Source: Raillietiella orientalis (Eukaryota). From it: a stretch of DNA of 64,000 nt. A program made the translations under genes and the position numbers. The notes beneath the pieces are model-generated. The model searched no databases, was not told where the DNA came from, and saw nothing but the letters and a program-made list of their open reading frames with translations. Below, in pieces: positions 13,480-26,945 of this stretch. The stretch covers positions 1,488,001 to 1,552,000 of the forward strand of contig JAYWIR010000032.1 of assembly GCA_036172245.1 (NCBI GenBank). Reading direction: 5' to 3'. How positions within the stretch are numbered: position 1 is the stretch's first letter; every line of letters starts with the position of its first letter.

Positions 13480-13900
13480 AATGCTACTTACGAAACAGAC
13501 GTGCGTGATGCACCTTTCTTCCCTTCCTTTGCTTAGGCGCAGCAACGCTTTCAACTGCTTGCGTTCCTTCGTTTGGCTCGTCCGAGCTCCTAGGCCTAAG
13601 ACGCCTTCGCAGCGGGAAACCGCCCACAACAAGGCTGCCAAGTCGCTCTGCATTACACGGGAGGACATCACGTGCAAACATGCAGGACGCCCAGAAAAGT
13701 CCGTTCCCGTAAATGGAACGTCATCCGCACGTCCGACACGCGCCCACCTTTTCCAATGCTTCTTCAATTGTTCGAGAAGACGGCTATTCGGCATCGGTCA
13801 TGGTAAGCAGCAAAGACTCCTCCTCGTGCCAGCAGTAGGGTCACGCTCTTGCAAGGAAGCAGGTCCCCCGAAGCACGTCTGGGAAGGGCCCGCGGGAGAC
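13480..13900 (-). mobile_element. Decayed LINE ORF1-like fragment (mirrored at ~23030-23450, +)
   Basis: Frameshift-corrected IEEALEKVGRVSDVRMTFHLRERTFLGVLHV...LGSLVVGGFPLR; homologous to 3870-4050. Confidence 0.45.
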
Positions 13901-14209
13901 GCGAAACACTCGAAAATCCATCACCACGCTGACTCGCCCACGTTCCAGGAAAGGCCGTTCCAGGAAAATATTCCGAATCAGCCGACGGGCGCAGACCCAA
14001 GCAGTCAAACGCACCGACCGTTGACATTCACCGATTCTAGACCGATCCTGAGTTGGCCATTTTCCATCATGCGAGAATCGCGCTATTCGTGCGCGACCAT
14101 TTGAAAAAGAATGCAGAAAAGGAAAAGCAAACGGCGTCACTGCGTTCCTTGGGAACACCTTTTCCCTCGGCCTTGCGGAGATTCCCTGAAACGCGCTCTC
14201 CTCTTTCTT

Positions 14210-14800
14210 CTACATAACCTCAACTAAACCATTCTCTTCCTCGGCATTCAACATCGCCATCGCCGGCAGGTGATCCATTTGACTCTCCCAACGGTGTGGG
14301 AGGGCTGCAAACCTGCCTTCCAAAATCTTGCAGCAGCAGCTCTGCTTTCCCCCGGAGAATCCACCCGCAAGTCCGTCGAAATGACGGGAGGGCTGTAGAG
14401 CCTTCGCCTGTGAGATCAGGAAACGTCCACGGTCCCACGAATCGGCGTCAATGTGGTAGGGCAGAAATCTTGTCAGCGCCCCGAGATCTCCCAGCACAAG
14501 ACCCCACGAGCAAAGTTCCTTCCGAATCTTCCTGCTCGTGAAAAGGGTCCGCGTGGACCGCATGCCCAACAGCAAGAAGAGACTGCCCTGCAAGCGCGAT
14601 CGGAACTCCAAGCTGTCGTTTCCCCTGCTTCCATGAACGAAGGCTCGATAAATCGCTTGCCCGCAGAAATGAGCAGCCAGCTCTTTGAGCAACAGCAAAG
14701 CCGGTTTTTCTCCGAGTGGAGGCATGCACCACACGATTGCTACAAGGCGCTTGCACCATCGGCGAACAAACCGTAACCGAGGCACGAACAAATGTGCACG
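14210..14800 (-). mobile_element. Possible decayed APE endonuclease fragment (mirrored at ~22130-22715, +)
   Basis: ALLLLKEL (LQE-like) and GLVLGDLGA (GDFN-like) motifs; weak similarity to 60500-60750. Confidence 0.35.
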
Positions 14801-16431
14801 ATTCGATGCTCTCGAGTCATCCATCACTCTCTAGCGCTCGTCCGCAAGCCCTACCAGAACGTCCTCCGTGCTGCTGCTTCGCGTGTGCCTCCCTCGGTTC
14901 TTCCTTGCATTCGGAACTCGACACGAACGTGCATGGGAATTTTCGAATTGTTCAGCAGCTCTCTTGATTCGCGCCCCCGGCTCCGTCGAGTGCTGCGCCG
15001 CTCTTTCTCGAGGCAACTGCGTAGAAGAGTGCGCCTGCTGTTTGGGAACGGGCGCCCTATTCCAGGAAGAGACGCGGCATACGGTGCGCCGGCGCTGCAG
15101 TGCTGCTCAGAGCACTGCGACCGCTCGCAGTAAGCGTCGGCATCCGCTTCCGTTGACCGGAAGGAGCGACGGACGAGGGCTGGCAACGGAACGATTTCTA
15201 CCCTCGGTCCTCATGTTGCTGGCGCTTCCGGCACGCGGCCTTCCGGCGTGCGTCCGCGAACGGAGTGGGTCTCTAGAGGGGGCGAAGGCGAACGAGGTTT
15301 GCGTGGTCCGTATCGCCACGCTTGTGCCATGCTCTTCTACAATCTGCAACGACGACGAGTTTCGCGCTCACTGGACGGCTTTGCGGCTTTCGACAACCCC
15401 ACAGCACTTCTCCGTGGCAAGAAGAATCGACTCGCTCGCGTTACTTGGGCACCCTCGCGTCGCGCAGGATGGCGTCAGCTACCTTTCAGTGCTACGGGAC
15501 GCATCTATGCGTTGGACAAAGGTTTTCACCTTATACACGCGACGCAGGTTAGCACGATCAGTGTTGCAGGATGACAGAGGCTGATCAGTGCTGCATGTTC
15601 GGCGGAGGAGAGCGTGCTCCTTCTGCCTGGCGTTACATCTGACTACCCACGAGTGAGAAAGATGCCGTGGCGGCAATGCGCATCGCAAACTTCATCCAGG
15701 GCGCATTTTGAAAGGCCAGGCTGAGGCAGCCTTGGTTTACATTCGTCGAATTCGCTCTCCATTGCTTCGAATTCCGAATGGGCTGCAGACTTGAAGTCCG
15801 AGTGGTTCAGAATCTCCGAAACGACGTCGTTCGTCGCTGGGCTGGGAGATCGGTGACCGAGTGGATGTACGGGAAGGAGCGTGGGGGAAGGCAGAAGTGC
15901 ACCGGGGAGCTGCTGGCCTACTGGAGAAAGCGTGGTCGTTCGGCAGTGGAGCCGAAAGAGGAGTGTGCTGATCAATCTCGAGGGTTCGGGGGGCAATCGG
16001 AGGAGGAAAACGCGTAGTCAGGTGCTGACGAAACGAGGTTCGGAGGTGCGTGCAGCATTCGCCAGAAGGTTCAGTCAGTACAACTCGGAGGCGGCCTGCG
16101 CACCAGTGCGTTGTTCCGTAAATGAATGTATTCCAGAGGGAGAAGATGGGCTCGTCTTCGCATTGGGTCACCATCCGAAAAAGCGTTGGCTCACGGGTAG
16201 CTCCCATAGCGCTCCAGATGTGAGTGTGGAGTCCGTTGCGGGGTGGTTCCAAACAGGAAGCGGAGCGAAATGGTCGGGTGGAGCTTTGCCTTGGATGGAA
16301 AGCAGGGTGCCGCCCTTAGATGAAGGGGACGAGAAACTTGCCCGCAGAGTATTCGAAATCTTCCTTGAAGAATTCAACTCACAGATGCTAGGAGGCAGGC
16401 AGAGCGTATCCCGTGGTCCGTGAACAGGCGT

Positions 16432-17155
16432 TTCAGCCAGTTCTGCAGCGCTGCAGTTTTCAACTCGTCACTTTCCCCCTCGAGTCGTCGAGCCATTTTT
16501 GGAGGTACAGGATGACATGGTGGTCATTGGTTAGGACTGCAAATTGGGTGATTGAAAAGGTCCCGTTTGAAATTCCGAATTGTCTGGAATGAGCGGACAG
16601 CATGCGTTGCCAGGGCGCGCGTGGTTGCGAAGGAGAAGAACACTTCCTGATCTCAGCGTTCCGCGTCGTCGGTTCTGCTGCAAGGCACGCCGCAGTTTCG
16701 AAAGGTTTCGTAGGGGACTGGCGAAGTGACGGTTGTTCCATATCCCATAAAGTTCAGCAAAATCACACCCTTTTGGTCCCACACGCTGCCGTCCGCACAT
16801 TCCAGACAATTCGGAAATTCAAATGGGAACTTTTCGATCATCCAGTCCTGACCTCACGCTCAGTGGCTACCTCGTCCTGCTTCTTCAGGAAGTGACTCGA
16901 TGATTCGGCGAAAGTCAGGAGTTGACAACTGCAGTGCTGCTGAACTTGCTGATCTTCCAAGAGGCGGAATTTGACGCCGAGGGTTTCAAAGAGCTTCTTC
17001 CACGGTATCCAAAGTGTGCTTGCAAAAAAAAGCTGACCACGTGAAAAACTGAAATAAGGATGTACGGGCTCGGAACCACCGATCCTTTTTTGTTTCTCTT
17101 ATTTGTTTTTTCTTTCTACCCGAACCGCCCATGCTTCTGAAATGGGACTCATATA
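16432..17155. mobile_element. Rearranged mariner derivative with two inverted 3' halves
   Basis: Near-identical inverted copy of 683-985 in the centre; transposase 3' sequence runs outward on both strands, ending in a mariner-like 3' terminus near 17150. Confidence 0.85.
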
Positions 17156-17943
17156 TTAACCTTCTGATCTTTCGAGACCGCCACATTCGGCACAGGGGGG
17201 GCGTGAAGTATGCACGCCAGCCATGTCGACGCCAATATAGTATGGATTCCATTTCCGAAATGGGAAGCACTCTGTTTTTTCTTTTTTGCTGACCATTCCG
17301 GAACACGCGGAAAGAACCGCGAGAACCGCGAGTCGTAAGGCAAACGGACACGACATCTTCCGCATTCATTCTGCCTGCAGACGTCGCCGCGGAAGAACCT
17401 CGATTCGCAAGGAGAATGGAGGGGGGGACGAGAACCCACGCATGGAAACCAGGCGAGCAAACTGCTGGGATTTCTCTCCTACCCATCTCAGATATCCCGA
17501 CAAGCTTACTCGTATCTCACGAGTTCTGGAATGAATCGGCGCTCTGAAGCGAGCTCGGGAAGGCAAAAAATCCCACCGATTCCGGTTGCACCAACTAAGT
17601 GGCTGACAGGTGGTTGCAATTTCATGCATCGGGATCTCTTCGGTTTTTGCTCCAAGGAAAATTCGTACGATGGCGTGGCGGAGATACGCTTCGAGGAAGG
17701 TCCGAGTCTCCGACTCGCCTGTCTCAATACATTCAAAGAAGCGAAGAAGAAGCAAACGCGTGCCGCGTCAACTGGAGAGAGTCCCAAGCTTTAGTGACCT
17801 CGGTCGACCTTCCCGGCTGTTCGTCAGGCAAAAAAGTAGATTCCCTCCCACGATGGTACGAGAGGAAGCGAGAGAAGGATCTCCGAACGAAGACGCAGGA
17901 CAAGACCGAGAAGCTGAGAACTCCGAACTGGCTCAGAGAACAT

Positions 17944-18175
17944 AGTTCAGCCAGTTCTGCAGAACTGGCTGAACTCCCAGTAGGCAGAATTTGATGCCGA
18001 GAGTTTCGAAAATCTTCTCCCACGGTATCCCGAGTGTTTAGAAAAAAATGGTAACCACGTAGAGAAATGACATGGGGACGTACGTGTTCCGAACCACCAA
18101 TGCACATTTTTGTTTCTCTTATTTGTTCTTTCTTTCTGTCCGATCGGCCTTCACTTTCGAAATGCGTCTCGCACG
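17944..18175 (+). mobile_element. Mariner 3' end fragment (displaced arm of the element at 16432)
   Basis: AEFDAESFENLLPRYPECLEKNGNHVEK*; begins with the 32-bp perfect palindrome agttcagccagttctgcagaactggctgaact. Confidence 0.85.
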
Positions 18176-19559
18176 TTCGCTTATTCTGTATCTTGCTAGC
18201 TATTTCTACATAAGCTACCGTATACTATAAAGACAAAAAATAAGCATCCATGCATATTGTCTACACATGCATATACTATTTCTTTCATCAATGTATTTAC
18301 ACATGAAACCAAATGCGAAGCTCGATTGGTAATGCGAATCGGTGGAAGGGCTCCGTTTACTGCAAAGGAATGGGTCCCGTGGGAAGCCAGCAGTCCGGGA
18401 AAAAGATAGCTCTGGGTGTTGCAGTCTGGTAAACGAAGCGAACTGTTTCGTACAGGGAGGACTCGGCATTGCGGCTGTTGCAGCTCCGGGCGAACCGACG
18501 CATCGCACGAGTCCATCACTGGACAGGAGGGAGTGGGGTCTCCGACCGTGTCAGGTACGGGGAAAGGGCAACCTTCCTGCTCCTGTTGTTGGACTGTGTT
18601 CTTGCCCTCCTGAGTGTCTGGGAACGCTTCGCTGCAGCCCTCCCACTCCCGACGGGCAACGGCATGGAGGATTTGCGGTGCCTCTTTACGCGCGCCTGGA
18701 CGTCGTCTGCAGCTTGCAGCTCCGTGGTCCCTTCGTGGGATCGTGGAGTCGAGAAGCCGCGCCGAAAAAGGCCGGTTGGATGATGAGGTCATCGCAATCG
18801 TCTGTTCGTTGACGAGAAAGTCGAAAAGACGAAATGGTCACATGTCGGTCAAGAAAAGGAGGAAGTTGCCAACATGCTCCAGGGGATGCTGACGACGCTA
18901 GGAAGAAATCTGCGATATCTTCCCTCGCCCTGCAACATTTTTTCGAAACTGAACTTTTGTGCATTTCTGCTTCCGCTTACCCCTTCGCCCACTCCTCCTG
19001 TGCGGACCTCATCGGAACGCTGCTCACGAGAAGAAGCACCTCCGAGGCATCTCCTTTCGCAGCGGTGATGGGAAGCCACTACGAAGAAAGAACGTTTTTC
19101 TTGTGAATACTTTTTGCAATAAACGCCCCGGGTTTGCCGATCGAAAGAAAGGGAGCCGACCTGGGAGGGTGCTTGCTTTTGCATACCCGCGTTTCGCAGG
19201 GGAGCATCCGAAGGCAAAAGCGTCCAGGATGGATGGTGAAAGCGAGCACGACACTTCGCAAACATCATCACACGGATCCGAAATGGCGACCCTGTGCCGC
19301 AAGATATGTACCGATCGCCACTCCGGGCGGTCCGGCTGCCTCGCTGCAAGCGTTCCGTTTCCCCGGAAACTCCCTCCCGCGTGTGCCGCAGGGTGGCGGC
19401 GTTCGTCGCCACGGCTTCGCCGAATTCGGAGATTCACTTTCGCGTTAGGGAGTGAATCCTAGAGAGAGAGTGGTAATAGTGAGTAGTAGTAGGAATAGTA
19501 GTAATCCCAGAGAGAAGCAATTGCAATCTTAGTAAAGTTCGGTCAGGGAGCCCTCCGGT

Positions 19560-20040
19560 CTTCGGGCACGGGAATCGAGGTCTCATCTGTGTCCGTCGTT
19601 CCCGTTCGTTCCTTTTTCATGAGTGGACGGCATTTCCGACTGCACGAGGCGACGCATCGAAGACGAAGACGCCAACGAGAGGGACGTCATCCCGTATGCT
19701 GTTCGCTTCCTGCAGAGAGCTGCCGGATGGCCCCAGCTCGGACAAATGCTGAAGGACCTCGAGGGCATCCTGCGAAGGATAGGCCCTTCTCCCAGTGGTC
19801 AGCGATCCCTTCCTGGCCCTCCAAATTCTATCTTTTTATTCTTATTGTTGTATTTTTCTTTTTGTTTTGTCCCTCATTCCCTTCCACTGCCGAAGGGAGT
19901 CACGTGGCTGCTGAGGTCTCCGCGCGTGGCATCCCGCGTTGGAACACTCGGAAAGAATGGACGGCGACAGATGGTGGTGGGTTCGAGTTCCTCCCGCGAG
20001 ATCACGCTGGTTGACCTGCCTTGATTCGGGTGCGGCGCCG
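19560..20040 (+). mobile_element. Diverged L1/Tx1-like 3' end
   Basis: ERDVIPYAVRFL resembles GRDAIHFAVHSL (near 4700); gatcccttcc...cctcc and a T-rich UTR as in other copies. Confidence 0.6.
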
Positions 20041-20049
20041 GTAGCGGTT

Positions 20050-20500
20050 TAAACCGCATGCCTCCGATCAGTGGACGGGATTGGCAGTCGAACCTCCGGG
20101 GTGCTTCCAGGAAGCAGAAGCAAGAAGTACGGGTTCCCTCGCGGTTGCGGAAAGGAGCCTTCCCTCCACTCTCGTAGATGGACCCTCCGTCTCGTGGCAT
20201 GCAGCTGGTGGATTCGTGACACCTCGCCAAAGTGCACAGAAGCGTGTGGGTTCGCGGTCTGACTTCGCAGTTCTCTCCAGAGGAGCAAACAGGAGCGTTT
20301 CCCTTGCGGGTTCCCTTCGGAGAAGAAAAAATGGAGCGGAACATTCGGGGGTCCCTCCGGAGACAACCAGGGCGGAAGGTTCACTTTGGGGATCTCTCCT
20401 CAGGAGCTGGAGAAACGGACTTTTCTCTCCGTAGCGCTTCCTGCATTCCCGGAGAGGCTCCGCAGTTGTGCACGGATCTGCTCTGCTGCCACAGCACGCA
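20050..20500 (-). mobile_element. Decayed LINE ORF1-like fragment
   Basis: FGEVSRIHQL...ESGGKA.FRNREG.PYF, an RRM-like pattern across frameshifts. Confidence 0.4.
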
Positions 20501-23500
20501 GGAAACGCCTGTTCGCGGACCACGGGATACGCTCTGCCTGCCTCCTAGCATCTGTGAGTTGAATTCTTCAAGGAAGATTTCGAATACTCTGCGGGCAAGT
20601 TTCTCGTCCCCTTCATCTAAGGGCGGCACCCTGCTTTCCATCCAAGGCAAAGCTCCACCCGACCATTTCGCTCCGCTTCCTGTTTGGAACCACCCCGCAA
20701 CGGACTCCACACTCACATCTGGAGCGCTATGGGAGCTACCCGTGAGCCAACGCTTTTTCGGATGGTGACCCAATGCGAAGACGAGCCCATCTTCTCCCTC
20801 TGGAATACATTCATTTACGGAACAACGCACTGGTGCGCAGGCCGCCTCCGAGTTGTACTGACTGAACCTTCTGGCGAATGCTGCACGCACCTCCGAACCT
20901 CGTTTCGTCAGCACCTGACTACGCGTTTTCCTCCTCCGATTGCCCCCCGAACCCTCGAGATTGATCAGCACACTCCTCTTTCGGCTCCACTGCCGAACGA
21001 CCACGCTTTCTCCAGTAGGCCAGCAGCTCCCCGGTGCACTTCTGCCTTCCCCCACGCTCCTTCCCGTACATCCACTCGGTCACCGATCTCCCAGCCCAGC
21101 GACGAACGACGTCGTTTCGGAGATTCTGAACCACTCGACTTCAAGTCTGCAGCCCATTCGGAATTCGAAGCAATGGAGAGCGAATTCGACGACCGCGGAC
21201 ACACCGTGCCTCAGCCTTTGCCTTTCACGATGCGCCCTGGATGAAGTTTGCGATGCGCATTGCCGCCACGGCATCTTTCTCACTCGTGGGTAGTCAGATG
21301 CAACGCCAGGCAGAAGGAGCACGCTCTCCTCCGCCGAACATGCAGCACTGATCAGCCTCTGTCATCCTGCAACACTGATCGTGCTAACCTGCGTCGCGTG
21401 TATAAGGTGAAAACCTTTGTCCAACGCATAGATGCGTCCCGTAGCACTGAAAGGTAGCCGACGCCATCCTGCGCGACGCGAGGGTGCCCAAGTAACGCGA
21501 GCGAGTCGATTCTTCTTGCACGGAGAAGTGCTGTGGGGTTGTCGAAAGCCGCAAAGCCGTCCAGTGAGCGCGAAACTCGTCGTCGTTGCAGATTGTAGAA
21601 GAGCATGGCACAAGCGTGGCGATACGGACCACGCAAACCTCGTTCGCCTTCGCCCCCTCTAGAGACCCACTCCGTTCGCGGACGCACGCCGGAAGGCCGC
21701 GTGCCGGAAGCGCCAGCAACATGAGGACCGAGGGTAGAAATCGTTCCGTTGCCAGCCCTCGTCCGTCGCTCCTTCCGGTCAACGGAAGCGGATGCCGACG
21801 CTTACTGCGAGCGGTCGCAGTGCTCTGAGCAGCACTGCAGCGCCGGCGCACCGTATGCCGCGTCTCTTCCTGGAATAGGGCGCCCGTTCCCAAACAGCAG
21901 GCGCACTCTTCTACGCAGTTGCCTCGAGACAGAGCGGCGCAGCACTCGACGGAGCCGGGGGCGCGAATCAAGAGAGCTGCTGAACAATTCGAAAATTCCC
22001 ATGCACGTTCGTGTCGAGTTCCGAATGCAAGGAAGAACCGAGGAGGCACGCGAAGCAGCAGCCTGGAGGACGTTCTGGTAGAGCTTGCGGACGAGCGCTA
22101 GAAGTGATGGATGACTAGAGCATCGAATCGTGCACATTTGTTCGTGCCTCGGTTACGGTTTGTTCGCCGATGGTGCAAGCGCCTTGTAGCAATCGTGTGG
22201 TGCATGCCTCCACTCGGAGAAAAACCGGCTTTGCTGTTGCTCAAAGAGCTGGCTGCTCATTTCTGCAGACGACGATTTATCGAGCCTTCGTTCATGGAAG
22301 CGGAAACGACAGCTTGGAGTTCCGATCGCGCTTGCAGGGCAGTCTCTTCTTGCTGTTGGGCATGCGGTCCACGCGGACCCTTTTCACGAGCAGGAAGATT
22401 CGGAAGGAACTTTGCTCGTGGGGTCTTGTGCTGGGAGATCTCGGGGCGCTGACAAGATTTCTGCCCTACCACATTGACGCCGATTCGTGGGAACGTGGAC
22501 GTTTCCTGATCTCACAGGCGAAGGCTCTACAGCCCTCCCGTCATTTCGACGGACTTGCGGGTGGATTCTCCGGGGGAAAGCAGAGCTGCTGCTGCAAGAT
22601 TTTGGAAGGCAGGTTTGCAGCCCTCCCACACCGTTGGGAGAGTCAAATGGATCACCTGCCGGCGATGGCGATGTTGAATGCCGAGGAAGAGAATGGTTTA
22701 GTTGAGGTTATGTAGAAGAAAGAGGAGAGCGCGTTTCAGGGAATCTCCGCAAGGCCGAGGGAAAAGGTGTTCCCAAGGAACGCAGTGACGCCGTTTGCTT
22801 TTCCTTTTCTGCATTCTTTTTCAAATGGTCGCGCACGAATAGCGCGATTCTCGCATGATGGAAAATGGCCAACTCAGGATCGGTCTAGAATCGGTGAATG
22901 TCAACGGTCGGTGCGTTTGACTGCTTGGGTCTGCGCCCGTCGGCTGATTCGGAATGTTTTCCTGGAACGGCCTTTCCTGGAACGTGGGCGAGTCAGCGTG
23001 GTGATGGATTTTCGAGTGTTTCGCGTCTCCCGCGGGCCCTTCCCAGACGTGCTTCGGGGGACCTGCTTCCTTGCAAGAGCGTGACCCTACTGCTGGCACG
23101 AGGAGGAGTCTTTGCTGCTTACCATGACCGATGCCGAATAGCCGTCTTCTCGAACAATTGAAGAAGCATTGGAAAAGGTGGGCGCGTGTCGGACGTGCGG
23201 ATGACGTTCCATTTACGGGAACGGACTTTTCTGGGCGTCCTGCATGTTTGCACGTGATGTCCTCCCGTGTAATGCAGAGCGACTTGGCAGCCTTGTTGTG
23301 GGCGGTTTCCCGCTGCGAAGGCGTCTTAGGCCTAGGAGCTCGGACGAGCCAAACGAAGGAACGCAAGCAGTTGAAAGCGTTGCTGCGCCTAAGCAAAGGA
23401 AGGGAAGAAAGGTGCATCACGCACGTCTGTTTCGTAAGTAGCATTCGGTATGTTTGCTTACTGTTTGTTCGCAGGTGGTGCAACTACCTTCAGGATTTTA

Positions 23501-26500
23501 TAGAAAGCTGCTGTTCTGCGCCGCTGATTTTCATCTAACGGAATCGGAAGTTGCTTCGATGGTATGCTTTTCGTGGGCGTCTTTCAGATCGCATTTTTGC
23601 CCTCCACGCATGAAGTTTCCATGCTTATTTTAAGTGTGTCGACCAAGTGTGGTAAAGTAACACGATTGCATTCCCTGGAGAGGAAAAGCTGTTGTCCTCT
23701 ATTCAAAATTGCATGCAGATGTAAAGTTTGAATTTCGCATGTTTTCAATTCGATTCTTGTTTGCATGGTGTGCTGGCGTTTTGGAGTTTGCCAGCCCTAG
23801 GAATCGGAGATTGTAGGCTGGTTTTTTTTTGTATTCGCGAAAGTACAAAGCAGGCAGCGACGATGAGGGACTGTTTCTGCAAAGCAGCGTGTTTGTTTAC
23901 TAAACGCTTGAAATTCCTTGTTGCGTTTTCATCCTGTACAGATGCTTAGATTGGCTAATTGTACATGAGCTCGCATTGGGCAGCTGACAAACCGAATCTG
24001 CACGGATTTGCATGCAGTCACACCTCGCAGGGTTTCAAGCAGTACAGATCGGATGCTAAGGTTGGGGTGTGTGATTCCTGTGGTTTTCCGAGTACGATTT
24101 GCTTGTTGCTATGTTTGCCAGAGCACTGTTTTTTACGCGGGGTTTTTGTTGAAAGCTGTCGGAGACGAGTATCATCTACCTGGCTGTTGGATTGCCGAAT
24201 TTTGGGTGTCTTTGGTTGAAGGTTTTCTGAGTGATGCAAGTAGCACGTGCCTGGCGAAGTAATCGACGAAGCGTTACTCGACGACGAGTTTGGGGACTGC
24301 TCCGCTCCATGCGTATGCAAAAACGCATTTGCATTTTGCTTCAGCAGTTGATATGATTACCCGGGATGTGTGTTTTCCAAAGCTTTTCCAGAAATAATGT
24401 GCTATTCCAGAAGCTTGTGTTGCAGAATTTTGCATCTGACGGGCACTTTATGAAGAGATTTTCCGTTGGATGAATTTGGAACGATGGAAAGGATGGCCTA
24501 CAGTCATGCCAAATTGGTGCGAGGCAGTGGGATCGACAAATTCGTATGGTGGTTGCTAAGTTTCGTATCGAAGATGATTTTGGATTGTGGTTCTGATGGT
24601 TTCATGCAACAGGATACCTCACAGCATGTGTGTATGAATTTGAGAAAGCTGATTATTTGGGTAGTTGCTTTCAATGGTTTCCCAAAGAAAAAGGAAATGC
24701 AAGTTGTTTTCCGAGCGATTTCGGAAAATTGGAAATCATGAGGTTTTCCCCAGCATCGTGAATTCAAACTGATGCCAAGTTCGTATCAGGGACTCTTGAA
24801 ACAGAAGAAATTGTTGAATTTCGAATTCAAGTTTCGGAAAAATTCGGACATGCCCGCAGAGCAGGAAATAGTGAAGGGGTAATGCAAAGGCAAGAAGCGC
24901 AGAGTCGATTCGACCCTACTATTTTGCCTATATATTTTTCATGTGCCGATAGGGAACGGAAGGTCGTGTTTCGGAAATGTTTGATCGAGTATTATTTTCG
25001 AAATAAAAGAAACGCAAATAGAGAAGGTTTTCGCACGAAGGCGTTTGCGAGTAGATTGCAGGACTATCCAGTGGTATTTTGAACAGATCCGATCCGGTTG
25101 CTGGGCTGGAACAAGAAAGAATCTTCCGCTGCAATGCGCTGTTGGACGAGTGCGATAACGTGGAATCAATTCCTTGATAGTTGCGTGAAACTCATCCTCA
25201 CTGTTCATGCAATACACAAATAATTCTTCCAGGAAGTCGACTGTAAATAGCGACGTTGACCAGAGGGACTTTTCGGTAAAAATGAAAAAAGTGTTGAACG
25301 ATTTTGTTTGCAGCTCGGATTGTATGAAGCAACATATCAAATTTCGTGATCGTCCCGCTCATCATCGGTGCGAACCCCTTCTTGCTCTGCATCACTATCA
25401 ATTACATATTGACACTTTGACTGCTGCCTCTACGAAGTGTCCTGCCGTCCTTCGATCAGGAGTGCATTGCGTCGCCTCCTCCCGGAGAAGCCTACGTTAT
25501 GCGTTGCACCGTGCTACGGCTTTGGCTTTTCATGTTCCCTCCAACACCACAGATTTCGTAGCCCCATCATCACAGGATGTTCTTCCGACGCTTTTCGGCA
25601 GCATCGAAGTTGTCGAGCGAATTATTTCATGTGATCAAACGAGTAGAATCTTTGCAAATCCTTGGTTCTCGCTTTTCGATCTTGGGGATGGTACCAACTC
25701 CCATTCTTGTGTATCAGCGGAAGGTGCATGGGATTCCTACTTTGCTTCCTACAATCCTGAGCATCGGCAATACGTTGATTGCACTGACCGAGTTCCACTG
25801 TTAAATATGAAGAACTAGAAAGTTCGGTTCGGGAAAGTGTTATTGGTTGGAATTATTAGTGGATCCGCTTCTGAGAAGCTGCCACCCAGTTCCTAAATTT
25901 CTGAATGCCCATCTTTAGCCTTGTAGCTCGTAGTTTTGATCAATGAAAGTTTCACGTGAGGAAATGCCCACCATTTCGCCATCCGCAGCCTCATCTTTCT
26001 CAGTTTTGTTGCACCCTGCGCCCCCACTTTTGTACAGACATTACAGTTTTTGTCTGTTCCACCAACACGCGTGGAAGGAGGGGCACGCGAAACGCCATCC
26101 TATTGTATCCTATGGCAACGCAGCCGTACGTTAAAGTGTTGGCTGTACTAACGTGCTCGTGGATCCGTGCGCGATTCGCTGTTGAGCGCAAGAGATTAGG
26201 AGCACAGGCTCAAAACGGTATTCAGGTTTTTTGCTCGTAAAGAGTTCCATTTCTTGGCTGACTCGAGTACATCAGCAAAGTTCCCGTCGCCAAGAATTTT
26301 CCCGAAAAGAATTCCGGTGTTGGCGAGACCGAATTTGTCAGCCTGGTGCACATCATCACCACCAGTTCCTGTGTATCCTCCCAGCATTCTGCACGAGTTA
26401 TTCGATCCGTCATTTTGAACAATAATGCTTGCGTGTACGCCTTGTGCCTCTCGAAGAATTGCTGTACCGTTTCGACCAGGACGCCAAAGGCCCGACGCCC

Positions 26501-26755
26501 GAGGGCACCAGGTCGTGTAAACCCGGACCAGCTGGAAGCCGGACGGGTGGCAGGAAACCTACGGACCCTGGCGCGGTTGCCGGCCAACCTGAGGTGGCCA
26601 CAGCAGTTCCCAAATCGAGAAAGCCAAACGATAATGCTGTCCGGAGTGCTCCCTGTTCCGCCAAGGGCCGCGATCGCCGAAACGCCTTCCAACATCACGA
26701 AGACTACATGGATTATATCTACGCTTGTTGTGGCGATCAGTGGGACGCTCTTCAG

Positions 26756-26945
26756 GACAATTCCCGGAATTCTTTGGACGAGTTATGCGACGATCTTTGC
26801 GACGAACTGAAAGACAATTTCCGGAATTCTTTGGACGAGTTATGCGACGATCTTTGCGACGAACTGAAAGACAATTTCCGGAATTCTTTGGACGAGTTAT
26901 GCGACGATCTTTGGGAAGCTCTTTAGACGATTCCTGGAATTCTAT
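26756..26945. repeat. 57-bp tandem repeat (~3 units), right arm
   Basis: Translates as (DNFRNSLDELCDDLCDELK)n in ORF 26429..26926. Confidence 0.9.

Larger units (their letters stand above)
7620..16434. repeat. Left arm of ~8.8-kb inverted duplication
   Basis: Reverse complement of 20502-29308; mirror-image ORFs throughout; end pairs 7620/29308 and 16434/20502. Confidence 0.97.

Noticed and set aside
19460..19510. (AG)n/(AGT)n tract as a LINE tail
   Set aside because: Short and degenerate, and not attached to a recognisable 3' end.
26756..26945. CRISPR array
   Set aside because: Units are contiguous 57-bp tandem copies with no unique spacers, there are no cas genes, and the context is eukaryotic.
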